A stretch of 37,845 nucleotides of DNA from Candidatus Pacearchaeota archaeon (GTDB lineage: Archaea > Nanobdellota > Nanobdellia > Pacearchaeales > GW2011-AR1): positions 1 to 37,845 of the forward strand of contig JAFCEY010000003.1 in the NCBI GenBank assembly GCA_017608945.1. The letters are read 5' to 3'. Positions 34,661-37,845 of the stretch are shown here, piece after piece. The notes below the pieces were generated by a model. That model did no database searches and was not told where the DNA came from. It worked only from the letters and a program-made list of their open reading frames with translations. Position 1 is the first letter of the stretch, and each line of letters opens with the position of its first letter. Both the position numbers and the translations under genes were made by a program.

Positions 34661-34927
34661 CTATTTCTTTGGTGCAATTATTTTTAGGATTCCTTTTTTA
34701 AATTCTATTTTTGCCTTTTTTGGATTTATTGAAGGAGTTGTTGTACTATAGCTAAAGGCTTTATAACTTCTTTCTTGGTGCAAGAAATTTTTTCTCTTAA
34801 CTTTAATTTCTCTTTTTTTCTCTGCTTTTACAGAAATTGAGTTCTTTGATAACTTTACTTTTATATTTTTTTTATTGAATTCTGGCAAATTAAGTTTTAG
34901 AGAAACTTCTTTTAAATTATTTTTCAT
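34661..34927 (-). CDS. Minimal small heat-shock protein (alpha-crystallin domain only, 88 aa)
   Basis: EVSLKLNLPEFNKKNIKVKLSKNSISVKAEKK ... ERSYKAFSYSTTTPSINPKKAKIEFKKGILKIIAPKK matches the Hsp20 ACD pattern (v.ldlPG..kedi.V.v..n.L.i.ae ... A.f.nGvL.i..PK). GGAGGT lies ~10 nt upstream of the ATG. Confidence 0.7.
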   Translation of the reverse strand: MKNNLKEVSLKLNLPEFNKKNIKVKLSKNSISVKAEKKREIKVKRKNFLHQERSYKAFSYSTTTPSINPKKAKIEFKKGILKIIAPKK

Positions 34928-34978
34928 TTTTTTGAATACCTCCTTTAATAAATTTATATAAAAAAATTTTTAAATTTT

Positions 34979-35001
34979 TTGATAAATTGACATAATATCA
35001 A
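34979..35001. promoter_or_regulatory. Inverted repeat TTGATA-N11-TATCAA upstream of the sHSP gene
   Basis: Half-sites at 34979-34984 and 34996-35001, 52-74 nt upstream of the sHSP ATG and next to an A/T box. Short AT-rich repeats like this can arise by chance. Confidence 0.25.
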
Positions 35002-35036
35002 TTATTTAAAATCTTTCGGGGCTATGAGTGATAGAA

Positions 35037-35303
35037 TTATTTAATTAATTCTCTGATTTTTTCAATGTAGTCTGCAACTTCCTTGCCTTTGTTTGTAAGC
35101 CTTATTATTTTTATTCGCCCCTTTTTTTCAAAAAAAACAAGTTTTAAGGCTTCTAAAGTTTGAAGGATTTTTACTGCATGGCTGTAAGTGCAATCTACTT
35201 CCTTTGCTAGAACACTCCCATATCTCATTTTTGTATTTTTCTTCAAAGAAACCAACATTAAAGCTGGCTTTCTCCTAAAAAAGGTATCAAAATTGTCTTT
35301 CAT
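35037..35303 (-). CDS. Small winged-helix (wHTH) transcriptional regulator (88 aa)
   Basis: RYGSVLAKEVDCTYSHAVKILQTLEALKLVFFEKKGRIKIIRLTNKGKEV shows the helix-turn-helix plus wing pattern of ArsR/MarR/TrmB-like archaeal regulators. Confidence 0.6.
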   Translation of the reverse strand: MKDNFDTFFRRKPALMLVSLKKNTKMRYGSVLAKEVDCTYSHAVKILQTLEALKLVFFEKKGRIKIIRLTNKGKEVADYIEKIRELIK

Positions 35304-35309
35304 TTTACT

Positions 35310-35327
35310 TATACAGTTTAATGTATA
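35310..35327. promoter_or_regulatory. Inverted repeat TATACA-N6-TGTATA at the wHTH promoter
   Basis: tatacagtttaatgtata lies 7-24 nt upstream of the ATG at 35303. The distal half overlaps the expected TATA-box position. The hexamer is the same as in the palindromes at 29690-29723. Confidence 0.35.
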
Positions 35328-35397
35328 TATTGAGAAAACACCTTCCTTTTAAATCTTTCGTAAAGTATATTTTAAATGAGGAGTTAAGATTATTAAG

Positions 35398-35406
35398 ATT
35401 TATTAA
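35398..35406 (+). promoter_or_regulatory. Candidate TATA box (atttattaa) for the phosphoesterase gene
   Basis: Centred ~26 nt upstream of the ATG at 35428. Confidence 0.35.
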
Positions 35407-35427
35407 CTTTAATTTTCTTAAAAATTC

Positions 35428-36054
35428 ATGGAAAGGAAAATTATGGAAAAGAAAACAAAAATACTTGCTGTAGGGGATATTCATGGAGATACAGGTTTAG
35501 TAAAGAAATTAGCAGAAAAAGCAAAAAAAGAAAATGTTGACTTAGTGATTTTGGCAGGAGATTTGACTCTTGCTGAAAGTTCAACTAAAAATATTATTGG
35601 ACCATTTGTAAAAGCAAAAAAGCAAGTGTTGTTAATTCCAGGGAATCATGAATCTATTGCTACAGCAGATTTTTTAGCAGAACTTTATCCTAATACTAAA
35701 AATATTCACGGATATTCTTTTGTAAAAAATGACTTAGGTATTTTTGGAGTTGGAGGAGGAGATATAGGACTTCATACAGTAAGAGAAGCAGAGATATTTA
35801 ATTTACTAAGAAAAGGGAATGAGAAAGTGAAAAATTTGAAGAAAAAAATTATGGTAACACATATGCATCCTGCTGAAAGCAAGGCAGAGATTTTTGGATT
35901 TAAAGGTTCAAGAGCAATAACAAAGGCGATAAAACAATTTTCCCCAGACATTTTAATAACTGCACATATTCATGAGGCTTCAGGAATAGAGGAGAAAATT
36001 GGAAAAACAAAAGTCATAAATGTTTCAAGAAAAGAAAAGATTTTTGAGATTTAA
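35428..36054 (+). CDS. Calcineurin-like metallophosphoesterase
   Basis: Motifs in canonical order: AVGDIHGD, LAGDL, PGNHE, THMHP, AHIHE. Confidence 0.8.
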   Translation: MERKIMEKKTKILAVGDIHGDTGLVKKLAEKAKKENVDLVILAGDLTLAESSTKNIIGPFVKAKKQVLLIPGNHESIATADFLAELYPNTKNIHGYSFVKNDLGIFGVGGGDIGLHTVREAEIFNLLRKGNEKVKNLKKKIMVTHMHPAESKAEIFGFKGSRAITKAIKQFSPDILITAHIHEASGIEEKIGKTKVINVSRKEKIFEI

Positions 36055-36066
36055 GAGAAAACCAAT

Positions 36067-36077
36067 AAAAAATATAA
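36067..36077 (+). promoter_or_regulatory. Candidate TATA box (aaaaatataaa) for topA
   Basis: Centred ~27 nt upstream of the ATG at 36100. Confidence 0.4.
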
Positions 36078-36099
36078 ACTCTCTTTCTTCTTACTAAAC

Positions 36100-37845
36100 A
36101 TGCCACGCAAACAAAAAAAACCTATTGAAGAAAGAACAGCAGAGGATTTTTTTCCTGTGGATGAAAATGACTTAAAATATGCAATCGAGAAAAAATATAA
36201 ATCTTCAGATTTGGAAGAGAAGTCTGAGAAGTCAGTCAATAAAAATAAAAAAAGTAAAAAATCTAAGACAACTAAAAAAGAATTCAAAATTCCAAAAATT
36301 ACCTTGAAAAGTAATGGCTATGAACTCATTATTACAGAAAAACCTCAAGCTGCATTAAAAATTTCTTCTGCATTAGGGAAATTTATGAAAAAAAATTTTA
36401 ATGGTATCTCATATTATGAAGTTTCTCGTAACAACAAAAAAATAATTGTTGCGTGTGCAGTTGGACATTTATTCACTCTAAAACAAGTTAAATCTGAAGA
36501 AATTCCAGTTTTCAATATAAAGTGGACGCCGAATTTTATTGTGAGAAAAAGAGACTTTACAAAAAAATATTATGATGTTCTTTTAAAGTTGGCAAAAAAT
36601 GCCGGTAGTTTAACAGTAGCAACAGATTATGATATTGAAGGAGAGGTTATTGGGCTAAACATAGTCAGATTCATTTGCAATCAGCCAGATGCAAGCAGAA
36701 TGAAATTTTCTACCTTAACTCCTTCAGAATTAAATGAATCTTATGAAAATAAGTTTCCAACTTTAAATTGGGGCCAAGCAATTGCAGGAGAAACAAGGCA
36801 TTATTTAGATTGGTTTTATGGAATTAATCTTTCAAGAGCTTTGATGGATGCAATAAAAACAACAGGCAGTTTTAAGATAATGTCAATTGGCAGAGTTCAA
36901 GGACCAGCATTAAACCTTATTGTTAAAAAAGAAAAAGAAATTCAAGAATTTAAGCCAAGAGACTATTGGCAGATTTTCATTAAAGTGAAAAATTCTCACC
37001 CACTTGAGTTAAGATATAATAAAGATATTTTTGATGGAAATGAATTAAAAAAATTTGAGAATTTAAAAGGGAAAAAAGCAAATGCAGAAACAAGGAAAGT
37101 TACACAAAATCTCTATCCAAATCCTCCATTTGACCTTACAAGTTTGCAAACAGAAGCATACAAGCTTTATGGAATAACTCCTCTAAGAACCTTACAGATA
37201 TCACAAAACCTTTATCTTTCTGGTTTAATATCTTATCCTCGAACTTCAAGTCAGAAACTTCCTCCGTCGATAAATTATAAAGAAATTCTCAAAAAACTTG
37301 CAAAAAAATACAAAATTGAAAATCTTATAACTCGAGAAAAGCCTGTTGAGGGAAAAAAGTCTGATCCAGCTCATCCTGCAATTTATCCTACAGGACAGGA
37401 TGATGACAGTGTATTTTCTAAATTATCTAAAGAAGAGAAGAAGATATATGATTTAATTGTAAAAAAATTTCTTTCTTTGTTTTGTGATAATGCAATAATT
37501 GAGAATAAAATTATAAAAGTGAAAGCAGATAATTTCATATTTCTAACAAAAGGCTCTTTTATAAAAAAGAAAGGATGGCTTGAGGTTTATCCAAGTAAAA
37601 TTGTAGAAAAAGAACTTTTTGATTTAGAAGGAGAAGTAGAGATTACTAATGTAAGAGTTGAACAAAAACAAACACAACCTCCAAAAAGGTACTCCCCAGC
37701 GACAATAGTTGCTGAACTTGAAAAAAGAAACCTTGGGACAAAAGCAACACGTGCAGGCATTATTGAAACTTTGTATAGTAGGGAATATATAAGGAACAAA
37801 AGTATAGAAGCAACTCCTTTAGGAATTTCTTTAATTGAAACCTTG
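36100..37845 (+). CDS. topA: DNA topoisomerase IA (archaeal TopA/Topo III-like), 3' partial, not in the supplied ORF track
   Basis: I translated frame 1 by hand from the ATG at 36100 to the window end: 582 codons with no stop. TOPRIM motifs ELIITEKPQAA and VATDYDIEGEVIG, GRVQGPAL, active-site GLISYPRTSSQKL, DPAHPAIYPT, and PPKRYSPATIVAELEKRNLGTKATRAGIIETL. The track's minus-strand ORF 36051..36287 overlaps its 5' end and is spurious. Confidence 0.9.
   Translation, partial: MPRKQKKPIEERTAEDFFPVDENDLKYAIEKKYKSSDLEEKSEKSVNKNKKSKKSKTTKKEFKIPKITLKSNGYELIITEKPQAALKISSALGKFMKKNFNGISYYEVSRNNKKIIVACAVGHLFTLKQVKSEEIPVFNIKWTPNFIVRKRDFTKKYYDVLLKLAKNAGSLTVATDYDIEGEVIGLNIVRFICNQPDASRMKFSTLTPSELNESYENKFPTLNWGQAIAGETRHYLDWFYGINLSRALMDAIKTTGSFKIMSIGRVQGPALNLIVKKEKEIQEFKPRDYWQIFIKVKNSHPLELRYNKDIFDGNELKKFENLKGKKANAETRKVTQNLYPNPPFDLTSLQTEAYKLYGITPLRTLQISQNLYLSGLISYPRTSSQKLPPSINYKEILKKLAKKYKIENLITREKPVEGKKSDPAHPAIYPTGQDDDSVFSKLSKEEKKIYDLIVKKFLSLFCDNAIIENKIIKVKADNFIFLTKGSFIKKKGWLEVYPSKIVEKELFDLEGEVEITNVRVEQKQTQPPKRYSPATIVAELEKRNLGTKATRAGIIETLYSREYIRNKSIEATPLGISLIETL

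Noticed and set aside
36051-36287. 78-aa minus-strand ORF at the start of the topoisomerase region
   Set aside because: It overlaps the N-terminal part of a 582-codon open frame with unambiguous Topo IA motifs on the plus strand. It is a Phe/Leu/Ser-rich antisense artefact.
1-37845. Search for CRISPR arrays, rRNA, additional tRNAs, inteins, reverse transcriptase/DGR repeats and intact IS elements
   Set aside because: I saw no regularly spaced direct repeats. The only T-arm-like GGTTCAAATCC is the tRNA-Lys. There are no intein-sized inserts in PolB, GyrA, GyrB or Cdc48. There is no YxDD-type ORF. The only sizeable repeats are the intragenic cdc48 tracts.

Overview
Visibly AT-rich (roughly 30% G+C by eye, not computed), very gene-dense archaeal chromosomal fragment. 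Many start and stop codons abut or overlap. Gene content and style suggest a small-genome DPANN-type archaeon; this is inference. Recognisable core genes: aIF2-gamma, DNA gyrase B and A, an L7Ae-S28e-L24e operon (L24e is too short for the ORF track), Trm5, FEN1, family-B DNA polymerase, a NOL1/NOP2/Sun RNA methyltransferase, type-2 methionine aminopeptidase, Cdc48/VCP, archaeal signal peptidase, TFS, an intron-containing tRNA-Lys(CUU), a P2-type cation ATPase, a metallophosphoesterase, and a type IA topoisomerase that runs off the 3' edge and is absent from the ORF track. I found no rRNA, CRISPR array, intact transposase, reverse transcriptase or intein. Most noteworthy observations: (1) gyrB and gyrA are separated by four translationally coupled small genes: an IspD-like relic, a Cys-rich membrane protein, a C4 zinc-ribbon protein and an NYN nuclease. 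(2) A membrane-anchored, inhibitory-type serpin sits beside an internally deleted tyrosine-recombinase relic between FEN1 and PolB, which looks like a decayed integrated element. (3) cdc48 carries 71-nt and 38-nt perfect in-frame repeats shared by its D1 and D2 modules, implying intragenic gene conversion. It is led by a zinc-ribbon/AbrB gene whose promoter carries TGTATACA palindromes, and a related half-site pair sits at the promoter of a wHTH regulator upstream of a minimal sHSP. (4) Three small multipass membrane proteins appear to be paralogous. (5) A truncated metzincin relic and several Cys-rich or acidic secreted proteins are present. None of these is proven to be a new system; all functional links are inference and need database and structure searches I cannot run.
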